Positions 10,962 to 20,968 of a DNA stretch of 64,000 nucleotides are shown here, in pieces. The notes under the pieces are model-generated. The model saw only the letters and a program-made list of their open reading frames with translations. It was not told where the DNA came from and made no database searches. How positions within the stretch are numbered: position 1 is the stretch's first letter; each line of letters opens with the position of its first letter. The position numbers were made by a program, and so were the translations under genes. The stretch comes from Candidatus Poribacteria bacterium (GTDB lineage Bacteria; Poribacteria; WGA-4E; PCPOR2b), in the NCBI GenBank assembly GCA_965198175.1, contig OZ240245.1:3968001-4032000 (forward strand), read 5' to 3'.

Positions 10962-11753
10962 TTGAAATTTGCATTAACGATTCTACCCATGGTAATGGGT
11001 CTCGTTCTTTTTGGGTTGATAATATCCATGGAAAGCGACGCTATGATCGAAGCCTCTGGCGCTTGGCTTCTAGATGAAGCCAAAGGAGAAAAGGTAGAAG
11101 ACGTTTCCGGTAACGGCATTTCTGGGGAAATCCGGGGGGACTACAAATATGTTGAAGGCCAGTTCGGTGAGGCATTGGAATTTAACGGACAAAACACGCT
11201 TGTTCTGTTCGAGAATGACGATCCAGACCAAGCATTTGTCCTTCACCGTGACAAGGATGTCTCCTTGGTCTTTTGGGTAAAACCTTTTGATGTCGAGCAT
11301 AAAGCCATCTTCTGGACACGGGGTGATGGCATTGATGCAGATAGATTCAATATCCATTCAGGCGGCGGCCCAACCTTTGGTTTCGATTACAGGGAAGTGA
11401 ATGGGAATATTCACCAAGGACTCTACCAAAATGTAGCGCTTCTCACAAATGTATGGACGCATCTTGCGATTACGAGAGATGGAAATACCTACAGTACTTA
11501 TAATAATGGGAATCTAGTTTCGCGGGGAAAAGATCAGAATCCAGCACTGCCCCAAGCTACAAGTTGGATGATGTCTGGCAGACCCGATTTTATTTTTGAT
11601 GGGCATATTGACGAAGTTGCGATTTTCGAATCTGTTCTTAGTAGACATGACGTCACCAACATCATGGAAAATGGACTTGAAATAACCGCACTTGCCGTAG
11701 AACCGTCAGATAAACTCGCCACGGCTTGGGCACGGTTGAAGACCAATAGATAA
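10962..11753 (+). CDS. Secreted LamG/ConA-like beta-sandwich protein 1
   Basis: GAGGAGG RBS then TTG; signal peptide; WLLDE..G..VEDVSGNG, GQFGEALEFNG, WTHLAIT, FDGHIDEVAIF; C-terminal AVEPSDKLATAWARLK. Confidence 0.9.
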   Translation: MKFALTILPMVMGLVLFGLIISMESDAMIEASGAWLLDEAKGEKVEDVSGNGISGEIRGDYKYVEGQFGEALEFNGQNTLVLFENDDPDQAFVLHRDKDVSLVFWVKPFDVEHKAIFWTRGDGIDADRFNIHSGGGPTFGFDYREVNGNIHQGLYQNVALLTNVWTHLAITRDGNTYSTYNNGNLVSRGKDQNPALPQATSWMMSGRPDFIFDGHIDEVAIFESVLSRHDVTNIMENGLEITALAVEPSDKLATAWARLKTNR

Positions 11754-11872
11754 TTGTGCTTTTGGGGTTTAATCTAAAGAATTTCCGAGAATCATGTTCC
11801 AGACCGTTTAGCGTTAACTCCCTAATTCTTCACCACCCTAGTCACAAATCACGACGGGTTCAGAAAAAATGA

Positions 11873-11902
11873 TTGACGCGCCCAATGAAAACATGGTAAA
11901 AT
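11873..11902 (+). promoter_or_regulatory. Sigma-70-type promoter, LamG gene 2
   Basis: TTGACG-18 nt-TAAAAT with TG extension. Confidence 0.65.
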
Positions 11903-12225
11903 TACAATTCTAAAAAGTTTTTGGGCGGTTTTCAGTATATAGGACAGTTGTTTCGATAATTGCGTGGTGGGCGTACGTTACCGTGACTACGGAAATTCAG
12001 TTAAACTCTTGTAGGTTGATTGTCTGTAGTTATGTGTAAGTATGTGTAAGATAGATGACTCAAGTGACCTCTACCATTTGCGGCACTGTCCGCTCTGAAA
12101 TTGTCTAAACTCTCTTTAGGTAGAGTATTGGCAGTTACCATACAATCTGTCAATTTTTAATAGTTAACTTGTAAATGATGGGACGCAAATGTGACTGTCC
12201 CCAACATAACGAGGAGGTAATCGAA

Positions 12226-13020
12226 ATGAAAGTTACATTAACGTTTCTATCCATGGTATTCGGTCTCGTTGTTTTCGGATTGATACTCACTATGGAAAGC
12301 GATGCAAAGATTGAAACCGCTGGCGCTTGGCTTTTGGATGAAGCTGATGGAGATAAGGTCGAAGACGCTTCTGGCAATGGCATTGATGGAGAAATTCAGG
12401 GTAAGCACGAATACGTTGAGGGCAAGTTTGGCGATGCGATGGAGTTTAATGGTGAGGACACGCTTGTTTACTTCGATAATGAAGATCCAGACCAGGCATT
12501 TGCGCTTCATCGTGACAAGGATGTTTCATTCATGTTTTGGGTGCAGCCTTTTGATGTCACCCATGATGGCATTTTCTGGACACGAGGCGATCCAAAGGGT
12601 GCTGATGCAGATAGATATAACATCTATTCAGGTCCCGGTGAAACCTTTGGATTCGACTACAGGGAAGTGGGTGGGGGTATTCATGGTCTCATCCAAGGAA
12701 TAGAGCTTCCCAACAAGAAATGGACCCACATTGCAGTCACGAGAGCAGGGAATACTTACAATTGTTACACCAACGGTAAGCAAGTTGGGCAGGCAAAGGA
12801 CCCCAGTCCAAAACTGCCTGAGATGACAAGCTGGATGATATCTGGCAGACCGGGATTTATTTTTAACGGGCTCATTGACGAACTTGCATTTTTCGACTCA
12901 GTCCTGAGTAATAATGACATTACCAACATCATGGATAATGGACTTGAAAAAGCCGCACTTTCTGTCGAGCCTTCAGCCAAACTCGCGACCGCGTGGGCGA
13001 CGATAAAAACGAGCAGGTAA
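12226..13020 (+). CDS. Secreted LamG/ConA-like protein 2
   Basis: ATG at 12226 after GAGGAGGT; close paralog of gene 1; C-terminal SVEPSAKLATAWATIK. Confidence 0.9.
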   Translation: MKVTLTFLSMVFGLVVFGLILTMESDAKIETAGAWLLDEADGDKVEDASGNGIDGEIQGKHEYVEGKFGDAMEFNGEDTLVYFDNEDPDQAFALHRDKDVSFMFWVQPFDVTHDGIFWTRGDPKGADADRYNIYSGPGETFGFDYREVGGGIHGLIQGIELPNKKWTHIAVTRAGNTYNCYTNGKQVGQAKDPSPKLPEMTSWMISGRPGFIFNGLIDELAFFDSVLSNNDITNIMDNGLEKAALSVEPSAKLATAWATIKTSR

Positions 13021-13211
13021 TTTCGGTCTTGAGATTTTGCGGGAAGTATTTCTTGGAGTAAAGGTTCCAGACCGAAATGTTGAGCAGTTCAACCCGTCAG
13101 CGAGCTACTGGCAATTCACATGCCAGTAGCCGCTTATATTTTTCCAATTGGAACTTTCTTGCGTGACAAAAAATTAATTTTGTTCTCTGGTAGCCACGAT
13201 GGATAAACCTT

Positions 13212-13982
13212 ATGGCTATAAGTAAGTTGGTTTTATTGACCGCCGGCGTTCTCGTCCTCGGATTTATCCTTGGATCACAGTGCACCGCGAGGATTGATCC
13301 CAAGACCATCGTAGGCGTTTGGCTGCTTGATGAAGGACAAGGGGATGATGCTTCTGGAAATGAACGACACGGAAAACTTACCGGTAGGCCAAAGGTCGTT
13401 GAAGGGAAGTTTGGGACAGCGTTAAATCTTTCCGGCGAAGGTGATACCGTCAGGATTTCAGACTTAGCTCAATCCCTGCCCACGAAAGAAGTCACAATCA
13501 CGCTATGGGTTAAGATTGAGAAGCACGCGAATAATCCAGATGTATTCAGCCTAGACCCATGGGAGCCGGGTCGTGTTGCGGTTGCAATCTGGGACAAGCA
13601 GATGTTCTGGCATTTTGGTGTTGGGGGCAAATGGATTGTTATCCGCTTCATTGACGAGGAATGGGTCGGACAATGGAAGCACTGGACGTTCATAAATAAC
13701 GCTGAAGATAACTTCATGGCAGGATACGTTGATGGTGAAAAAGCAGCTAGGATTAAGGGGATTTCCGGCGAATACGCTCCGCGTGACGGCCACTTTCATA
13801 TCGGAGGCCGACCGGGATCGTCCTTTTCGGGCGCGATTGACGAATTCGCCATTTTTGATACTACCTTGAGCGAGGAGGACATCAAGATGATTGTTGACAA
13901 CGGACTCGCGCGCACGGCACTATTTGTGAACAACGCTGCTAAACTGGCTACGATATGGGGTGGACTTAAGGGGTCATTATAG
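13212..13982 (+). CDS. Secreted LamG/ConA-like protein 3
   Basis: Signal peptide, WLLDEGQG, GKFGTAL, FSGAIDEFAIF; C-terminal FVNNAAKLATIWGGLK. Confidence 0.9.
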   Translation: MAISKLVLLTAGVLVLGFILGSQCTARIDPKTIVGVWLLDEGQGDDASGNERHGKLTGRPKVVEGKFGTALNLSGEGDTVRISDLAQSLPTKEVTITLWVKIEKHANNPDVFSLDPWEPGRVAVAIWDKQMFWHFGVGGKWIVIRFIDEEWVGQWKHWTFINNAEDNFMAGYVDGEKAARIKGISGEYAPRDGHFHIGGRPGSSFSGAIDEFAIFDTTLSEEDIKMIVDNGLARTALFVNNAAKLATIWGGLKGSL

Positions 13983-14004
13983 CCGACGGTGGTAAGGAGT
14001 ATTT

Positions 14005-14880
14005 ATGGATTTGACAGAACGATTGTGCAAGACTACCATTGAAACCGGCGTACTGTGGAAGCGCATCATAGGCGCTACCGCGCCAAAATTGCTGGCGACA
14101 TTTACAATTGCACTGTTAATGAATGCTTGTGTGTGGGTGTTTTCACCTGTTGCTGAAGCGATTATCAAACTCGATTCGCTTGTGGTTGCGTTGCCATTTG
14201 ATGAAGGCGCAGGCAACAAAGCGAAGGACCTCTCGCCGCACGGTAATGATGGTCTTCTCGTGGAGGGCGCGAAATGGGGAGACGGAAAGTTTGGGAAATG
14301 CCTCCGCGTAAAGGAACCTAATCATGTCGAAGTTGCGAATAACGAAAGTTTCTGGTTGCATGACAAGGATTTCACACTAGCGATTACGATTAACTTCTCG
14401 CAGGAACCCGGTACCACTGGTTTAATTGCACACGATAACGGACTTGGCGCAGAGTCTTTTAAAGCTGTGTGGGAATTGTTGGGCGGTGTATTTAAGTTCC
14501 ACATCAATAACGGTGCAAATAACGTCGCGTGGGCTCAATCCGACTTTTTCGGTACACCGGAACTCAATCGATGGTATAGCGTCGTCCTAGTTAAGAAGGG
14601 TAAGACGTACACACATTATCTTGACGGCGAATTGTTCGGTGTAGACGAGAAAGACGAACCCATCCCTCAAGGTATCGAAAATCCACTAACGATTGGTATG
14701 GCGGAGCACACTTTCTATTTCCCCGGTTTTATTGACGAAGTCGTTGTCGCACACACGCCGTGGGCGCAGCAAGATGCACAACGGTATTTTGCAGGGGGTA
14801 TCCAAGGTGTTTTGGCGGTTCGGCCCGGTGGTAAGCTGGCAGGCACATGGGGCGGTCTCAAGTCGAACCGAAACTACTAG
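14005..14880 (+). CDS. Secreted LamG/ConA-like protein 4
   Basis: AAGGAG RBS; LPFDEGAG, GKFGKCL, FPGFIDEV; C-terminal AVRPGGKLAGTWGGLK; start could be further downstream. Confidence 0.85.
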   Translation: MDLTERLCKTTIETGVLWKRIIGATAPKLLATFTIALLMNACVWVFSPVAEAIIKLDSLVVALPFDEGAGNKAKDLSPHGNDGLLVEGAKWGDGKFGKCLRVKEPNHVEVANNESFWLHDKDFTLAITINFSQEPGTTGLIAHDNGLGAESFKAVWELLGGVFKFHINNGANNVAWAQSDFFGTPELNRWYSVVLVKKGKTYTHYLDGELFGVDEKDEPIPQGIENPLTIGMAEHTFYFPGFIDEVVVAHTPWAQQDAQRYFAGGIQGVLAVRPGGKLAGTWGGLKSNRNY

Positions 14881-15149
14881 TAAAGCTGTCACCGCTGGAA
14901 GAGTGCATCGCGTAATTGCGTTACTACCGAACCTCATCATCAGAGAACTGAAAGGGGGTGTTGCCGGGATATCATCCATTTACCCTAAGGGAGATTTAAC
15001 AACGAACTAGGGTGTTGTCAAAGCGGAGACAATTCGCTGAAATTTGCTGTCCGGAATTTGCGCCGGATTGCTGATTACTGTCAATACATTTAGGGGACGT
15101 ACGTTGCACAGTTCCCAAATCCAAAACTAAAATGGAGGAAGTCAATTTA

Positions 15150-15944
15150 ATGAAAATCAGAATCGCAACACTAGGTTTAGCCTTTATCATGGCTTTCGGG
15201 TTAATGTTTGTCGGACAAAGCGATGCCGGGCTTGTTGGCGCTTGGCTGTTCGATGAAAACTCGGGCGATGTGGCCGGGGACCTTAGCGGCAACGGCAATG
15301 ATGGAATGTTAATGAATGGCGCCGGTTGGACCGATGGCATTAGGGGGTCTGCAGTCTCATTTCATGACCCCGATTCCCAATTCATTCTATTCAACGCCGA
15401 TGAAGATTCGGCAAAATCCTTTATTCTGCACGGTGATTCAGATGCAACCCTCGTAATGTGGTTACGTCCTACCGAACCACTTAGACACGGCTCCTGGGCG
15501 TGGACACGAGGCGATGACCAGGATGCCGGTCGATTTAATATCCACAACGGAGACGGTACCGTTTTCAGCTTCGACTATAGAGAAGACGACGGTAATCACC
15601 ACCCCACGGACTGGGGCGTGTTTAATGTGACGCTTACCGTAGGCGAGTGGACTCACGTCGCATTGACACGCGTCGGAAATGAATACACGCTCTGGGGAAA
15701 CGGCGCACAATCGGCGACGTGGGTAGACGAGAATCCGGTGGCTCTTTCCGCCAACGCATGGATAATCGGCTCGCCGCGGGGATGCTGTCCGCTGAACGGT
15801 GATGTTGACGAACTTGGGTTCTTTGATGCTGCGCTGACCGGGGATCAGATTGCCGCGGTCATGGGCGGTGTAGAGGCGCTCGGTGCGGTTGAATCGTCAG
15901 GCAAACTCGCCACGACGTGGGCACGGATTAAGGACCGCGACTAA
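15150..15944 (+). CDS. Secreted LamG/ConA-like protein 5
   Basis: GGAGG RBS, ATG 15150; shares WTRGD..D..RFNIH..F.FDYRE with proteins 1 and 2; C-terminal AVESSGKLATTWARIK. Confidence 0.9.
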   Translation: MKIRIATLGLAFIMAFGLMFVGQSDAGLVGAWLFDENSGDVAGDLSGNGNDGMLMNGAGWTDGIRGSAVSFHDPDSQFILFNADEDSAKSFILHGDSDATLVMWLRPTEPLRHGSWAWTRGDDQDAGRFNIHNGDGTVFSFDYREDDGNHHPTDWGVFNVTLTVGEWTHVALTRVGNEYTLWGNGAQSATWVDENPVALSANAWIIGSPRGCCPLNGDVDELGFFDAALTGDQIAAVMGGVEALGAVESSGKLATTWARIKDRD

Positions 15945-16420
15945 TCGTTGCGTCATGTCCAATAACTACCTTTCGGAGGTTCAATTCAACTTTGTCGTGA
16001 AAGATAATCTTCCTGAAGGGTGCAAACCTAGTGGAAGTTAACGCTTCAATTTTTTGTCTTTCCAACGTTTGTTGGATGCTTCAGACTTAAATATGGCATG
16101 GTGTGTTGAGTGGTTTTTGACGTGGCAACTCAACACACCAACCATGTTTTCTTTGATTTCCCGCCTACAACGAGTTTTAATTCCTGCGAAAACAGCCCAA
16201 CCTGTTAAAAAATCTAATCCGATACACTTTACGCGTCAAAACCCGCCTCGTGTTTTATCCATTTCTCACAGTATATAGCTTACCGATTCGAGACTAAAAA
16301 TTCGTCCAGAAGTTTTCCAAACGCTATACAACTCTCATCGAGATAAGGAAGAACCAGGTATATCTCACCTCGAATTGTTTGACCTGGGAGGTCGAGAGGG
16401 TTGTGTATTGGGTAAAACTG

Positions 16421-16449
16421 TTGACACCTTGCCTCCTGCATGTTATGAT
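16421..16449 (+). promoter_or_regulatory. Sigma-70-type promoter
   Basis: TTGACA-17 nt-TATGAT with extended -10 TG. Confidence 0.7.
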
Positions 16450-16485
16450 AGCTTCTGTGGAGAATGTAAGCCCTCGGAGGAAGAA

Positions 16486-16815
16486 ATGGAATATACCCTA
16501 AAAAGCTGCCAAGAACTTGTTGACGACTGGATTCAATCTGTTGGCGTCCGCTATTTTTCCGAGTTGACGAACACCGCCATTCTGATGGAAGAGGTTGGAG
16601 AAATGGCGCGGATTATGGCGCGCCAATACGGCGATCAGAGCTTTAAGGCGTCTGAGAAAGATGTCAATCTGGCGGAGGAGATGGCGGATGTGCTTTTTGT
16701 GCTGATTTGTCTGGCGAATCAGACGGGGGTGAATCTAGAAGATGCTTTCCGAAAGACGTTTGAGAAGAAGACAGAGCGGGATCGAAAACGACATCAGAAC
16801 AACCCGAAACTTTGA
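16486..16815 (+). CDS. Single-domain MazG-like (YpjD-type) nucleotide pyrophosphohydrolase
   Basis: GGAGG RBS, ATG 16486; YFSELTNTAILMEEVGE, EEMADVLFVLICLANQTG. Confidence 0.9.
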   Translation: MEYTLKSCQELVDDWIQSVGVRYFSELTNTAILMEEVGEMARIMARQYGDQSFKASEKDVNLAEEMADVLFVLICLANQTGVNLEDAFRKTFEKKTERDRKRHQNNPKL

Positions 16816-16948
16816 CTCAACTGGGGTGACGTCTGTTTCGCTGTCCTTTTGAAAAAGATTCACCACGGATTGGACATCCGAAGTCTTGTAAAGAATAAAA
16901 CCTTGCGAAGATTTGTAGCCTTGTAGGGTTCAACAAGAATTCTATCAA

Positions 16949-18130
16949 ATGAATCTTGACGAAATCCAACGCATTCTCAAATCATACGAGATTGACGGCT
17001 GGCTGTTATATGACTTCCGCGGAATCAACCCGATTGCGCAGCGTGTCGCCGGCATGGCAGAAATCACGATAACGCGACGCTGGTTCTGCTATATTCCATC
17101 AAGTGGCGATCCGACCTGGCTGATTCACCGGATTGAACAGTCCCATTTTTCCCAAGTTTCCGGTCGGATAAAAAGCTACATGAGTTGGCGTGAGCTTCAC
17201 CATGAAATCAAGACCCTGCTCTCAGATAGCGGTAGGGTAGCGATGGAATATTCCCCCAACGCCTCGATCCCATATGTCTCAAGGGTAGATGCAGGCACAC
17301 TCGAACTGATACAATCCTTTGGCGTTCAGGTTGTCTCCTCCGCCAATCTGGTGCAGCACATTGAGGCACGTTTGACAGAAGACCAGCTTGAAACACATCG
17401 GGAAGCGGCACGTCTGATTTTAGAGGTGAAAGACCTCGCCTTTGCTTGGATTAGCACACAAGTCAAAGCCGGCAAACCCATATCGGAATATGATGTCCAA
17501 TGTTTTATCCTGGAGCGATTTGACGCCATGAACCTTACCGCGGAACATCTGCCGATTGTGGCAGTGAATGCGAACAGCAGCGCCCCACACTATTTCCCAA
17601 CCCCCGCCGAACACCAGCCGATTAAAGAAGGTGATTTTATTCTAATCGATCTGTGGGCAAAAAAAGATTCGCTAAACGCGGTTTATGCGGACACAACATG
17701 GGTCGCCTATGCTGGAAAGCAGGCTCCAGAGCAGTACGTCAAAATCTTTGAGATTGTCCGCAACGCTCGCGATCGTGCTGTCACATTTATCCGTGACATG
17801 ACGGCAGCGTGCAATATGATCTACGGCTATGAGGTCGATGATGTTGCGCGGGCTTATATTGCGGAGAAGGGATACGGCGAGTTTTTTGTCCACCGCGTGG
17901 GACATAACATTGGCACAGAAATACATGGGAATGGTGTCAACATGGACAACTTCGAAACCCGAGATGAGCGCCCTCTTATCCCCGGTATCTGTTTTTCAAT
18001 TGAGCCGGGAATTTACCTGCCCGAATTTGGGATTAGAAGCGAAATTGACGTTTTTTTAGCTCATCCAAAGCAAGGCGGCGCAATAGTGACAACCGTCCCA
18101 GTTCAAAATGAGGTATTGTTACTGCTGTAA
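16949..18130 (+). CDS. M24 family metallopeptidase (Xaa-Pro peptidase-like)
   Basis: LIDLWAK, YADTT, HRVGHNIG, HG, SIEPGIY, RSE metal ligands. Confidence 0.9.
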   Translation: MNLDEIQRILKSYEIDGWLLYDFRGINPIAQRVAGMAEITITRRWFCYIPSSGDPTWLIHRIEQSHFSQVSGRIKSYMSWRELHHEIKTLLSDSGRVAMEYSPNASIPYVSRVDAGTLELIQSFGVQVVSSANLVQHIEARLTEDQLETHREAARLILEVKDLAFAWISTQVKAGKPISEYDVQCFILERFDAMNLTAEHLPIVAVNANSSAPHYFPTPAEHQPIKEGDFILIDLWAKKDSLNAVYADTTWVAYAGKQAPEQYVKIFEIVRNARDRAVTFIRDMTAACNMIYGYEVDDVARAYIAEKGYGEFFVHRVGHNIGTEIHGNGVNMDNFETRDERPLIPGICFSIEPGIYLPEFGIRSEIDVFLAHPKQGGAIVTTVPVQNEVLLLL

Positions 18131-18869
18131 CTTTGTAGTTGCGTCTTTTTAGATCGACTAACACTTTGTTGAAATATATTTGACAGTTAATGATCCACTG
18201 CATCACGTCCAGCGGGTTCTGATCGTCTCTTACAAGGTTTGCAACGCCGAGGCGGTAGACGAGATACCGTTTGTCATCACGGGTTTTCTGTTCTGGTACA
18301 AGAGTTCTGTCTAGATCGGCGTCGATGCCACCATCAATTTCAAGAACCCAGAAAAAATAATCTTCGTTATACCCGAGATAACCCATCTCGACATCAAGGC
18401 GATTATCAGTTTCTGTGGGCAGGGACACTATCCCAAAGTTTCGATTTAGAACCTGCGGATAGATTGCGCTTAGAAAAATCTGTTCAAAGCCAGCGGGGTG
18501 CTTTGCGCGACTGAGAAGTTCCAACAATTTTTGTCGGTCTTCCATCTTGAGTTTGAGGCAGATCTGTGCGAAAACCTCATTACGCAGGCTCATCACGCTT
18601 TGATCTAAAGGAATTAGGTGCTTGATGAGGTCCTTAATTGCACGGCGTTTCAGAGAAATATTCCAGAGCAGCCAACGTCCAAGCTGATACCATGTCTCCA
18701 TATACAGGAGACGCCTTGGCGAAATATATCTGAGTTTCTGAAGAACTTGCCTGAACCGATTTTCATGGAGTGCTAGATTTTGTTGATTCACAGATTCACC
18801 TGTTTCAAATACCCCAACGTAATTGTGCTCAATGTTGTTGAACGGTCCTCTACAACCCCGAATAGACAA
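18033..18869 (-). CDS. Hypothetical protein with possible C-terminal DUF559/Vsr-like endonuclease motif
   Basis: 278-aa ORF downstream of the M28 gene; LDVEMG...VLEIDGG...QKTRD; start uncertain. Confidence 0.5.
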   Translation of the reverse strand: MSIRGCRGPFNNIEHNYVGVFETGESVNQQNLALHENRFRQVLQKLRYISPRRLLYMETWYQLGRWLLWNISLKRRAIKDLIKHLIPLDQSVMSLRNEVFAQICLKLKMEDRQKLLELLSRAKHPAGFEQIFLSAIYPQVLNRNFGIVSLPTETDNRLDVEMGYLGYNEDYFFWVLEIDGGIDADLDRTLVPEQKTRDDKRYLVYRLGVANLVRDDQNPLDVMQWIINCQIYFNKVLVDLKRRNYKVTAVTIPHFELGRLSLLRRLALDELKKRQFRF

Positions 18870-19827
18870 TACTTAACACCAACCGTCCGACGACTTCCAA
18901 ACTGTTAGGGCTACATTTATCTGGCGTATCTTCAACTGTATGCCAATACGGGTAATCGAAGTCGATAATATTGACGGTTGAAACACCTGCATCAATCAGT
19001 TGTAAGTGATCATCAACAACTGCGCCGCCCAACCGGCGCTGAAACGCCGAGAGTCCAATTTCCTCGGCACGTCTCCAAATCGCCTCTGTCAATTCTCGAT
19101 CGGCGTTCCAAGAATACCGTTCCATGGGCAATTCCAGATCTCGATCGCCAACCATGTCTAATAGAACACCGAAATCCGCTGTCCAACTTCTCATATTCTG
19201 TGCAAAATATCGAGATCCAAGGAACATGTTCGATACTGTTTTCCCATAATCTTCACCGTCAAACAAAACGATAATCACCGGATTCGGAGGTGGATTGGAT
19301 TTTAAGACCCGCGCAACTTCCAGAAGAACGGCAACTCCGGATGCCCCATCGTTAGCACCAAGAATCGGTTTGTTCCGGTTCGCTGGATTTGGATCCCTGT
19401 CTGCAAATGGGCGGGTATCCCAATGCGCGGCGAGGAGAATTGTTCCACCCCCATCGCCTCCAAACCGGGCAAGAATGTTATTCATCTGAACAGATTGATT
19501 TTGTTGGCGGAATTCAAATGGCTGAAACGTAACCTCTTGGGCAAATTTTTCAAGTTGAGCAAAGAGATATGCTTGTGTTTTTTGGTGTGCGATAGATCCA
19601 GGGACACGCGCACCGAATTCGCACTGCTTTTCCAGATATGCAAAGGCACGCTCCCCACTGAAACTCTTACTATCAATCTGCTCTTCCGCTAAACTGTTCG
19701 AGGTATCATCCGCAGAGGCTTCCAATCTCGGGCACACCATAAACTCCAGCCGATTGGCGCCGAGAAGGAGACACGACAGCACACCCCATAGTAACACTTG
19801 CTTGAAATTCTGAGAAAAAGGATTCAT
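18850..19827 (-). CDS. M28 family peptidase / glutaminyl cyclase-like
   Basis: LAAHWDTRP, GANDGASG, FDGED, LLDMVG, DDH, YWHT. Confidence 0.9.
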   Translation of the reverse strand: MNPFSQNFKQVLLWGVLSCLLLGANRLEFMVCPRLEASADDTSNSLAEEQIDSKSFSGERAFAYLEKQCEFGARVPGSIAHQKTQAYLFAQLEKFAQEVTFQPFEFRQQNQSVQMNNILARFGGDGGGTILLAAHWDTRPFADRDPNPANRNKPILGANDGASGVAVLLEVARVLKSNPPPNPVIIVLFDGEDYGKTVSNMFLGSRYFAQNMRSWTADFGVLLDMVGDRDLELPMERYSWNADRELTEAIWRRAEEIGLSAFQRRLGGAVVDDHLQLIDAGVSTVNIIDFDYPYWHTVEDTPDKCSPNSLEVVGRLVLSIVYSGL

Positions 19828-19844
19828 AAGTTCACCGCTTACGC

Positions 19845-20444
19845 TTAAATCTCTCGGCGACCTTCTAAGGCTTTAGCAAGTGTGACTACGTCAATATATT
19901 CGAGATCGCCTCCAGCGGGAATTCCATAAGCAATTCGAGTAATTGGGATGCCTAAGTCTTCCAGATATTTTTTCAGATAGAGTGCAGTGGCTTGCCCCTG
20001 AGTGGTATAATTTGTTGCAACAATTACCTCTCTGATATCCTCATTGTTAATCCGCTTGAAGAGCGCATCAATTCTGAGATCTCTAGGTCCAACACCATCT
20101 AGAGGGGAAAGCACACCCATGAGGGTATGATATACACCTTTGTATTCGTTTGTACGTTCAATCGCTAAGAGATCATCAGGCTCCTCAATGACACAAATGA
20201 CTTGGTGATCGCGGTCGGCATCTGTGCAAATGTTACAGGGGTTCCGATCTGTGATGTTTCCGCAAGTTGTACAATAAGAGAGATGGGTTTTGACATCGGA
20301 AATGGCTCGCGCCAACTTTGTCGTATTCTCAACTGGCATTTTAATCATAAAAAACGCCAAACGTTGCGCGGTTTTCGGACCAATCGTGGGCAACTTCTGC
20401 AATTCGCTTATTAGTCTTGCCAGAGGTTCAGGGTAATGGATCAT
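19845..20444 (-). CDS. recR: Recombination mediator RecR
   Basis: LPTIGPKTAQRLAF, C4 zinc finger, TOPRIM domain. Confidence 0.97.
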   Translation of the reverse strand: MIHYPEPLARLISELQKLPTIGPKTAQRLAFFMIKMPVENTTKLARAISDVKTHLSYCTTCGNITDRNPCNICTDADRDHQVICVIEEPDDLLAIERTNEYKGVYHTLMGVLSPLDGVGPRDLRIDALFKRINNEDIREVIVATNYTTQGQATALYLKKYLEDLGIPITRIAYGIPAGGDLEYIDVVTLAKALEGRREI

Positions 20445-20470
20445 TTTGGGATTGACTTTGGATTATCGAT

Positions 20471-20779
20471 CTACATGAGTCCTGGAATTTTGAGCCCTCC
20501 AGTCAACTTGCCCATTTCCTGGTTCATTAATTCTTGAGCTTCGTTTCGGGCTTCATTCGCAGCGGCAACAATCAGGTCCTCAAGGATTTCCACATCATCT
20601 GGGTCTACCACATCGGGAGAAATTTTTATCGATACTAACTCCTGCTGACCATTAACGACGGCTGTCACCATACCGCCTCCGACGGTTGCTTCGACAGTAC
20701 GGTTGGCAAGTTCTTCTTGAATTTCAAGCATGCGTTTTTGCAGTTGCTGCGCTTGCTTCATAAGATTGTTCATCTTCAT
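20471..20779 (-). CDS. ybaB: YbaB/EbfC nucleoid-associated protein
   Basis: MKQAQQLQ, GGGMV, DVEILEDLIVAA; between dnaX and recR. Confidence 0.95.
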   Translation of the reverse strand: MKMNNLMKQAQQLQKRMLEIQEELANRTVEATVGGGMVTAVVNGQQELVSIKISPDVVDPDDVEILEDLIVAAANEARNEAQELMNQEMGKLTGGLKIPGLM

Positions 20780-20968
20780 TTCGATTACCTCTCAAGAATA
20801 TAGGTTATTTTACGACTTGTGCGAAGTCCTTCTATAGTTATGTAACTCATCGTCCTGCATAGCACAGGCTTGGGCAAATGCCGTTTCGATGAGGAATAGC
20901 ACAACGATATGCTGCGGGCGGTAAGCGGAATATCGCTCCTTTGCTCTAAACATTACGAACACAAGTTA

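Larger units (their letters stand above)
10610..13075 (+). repeat. Older tandem duplication (~1.26 kb unit): promoter + leader + LamG gene + downstream GTTCCAGACCG
   Basis: AATGATTGACGC at ~10613 and ~11868, GTTTCGATAATT in both leaders, paralogous CDSs, GTTCCAGACCG at ~11796 and ~13064. Confidence 0.8.
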
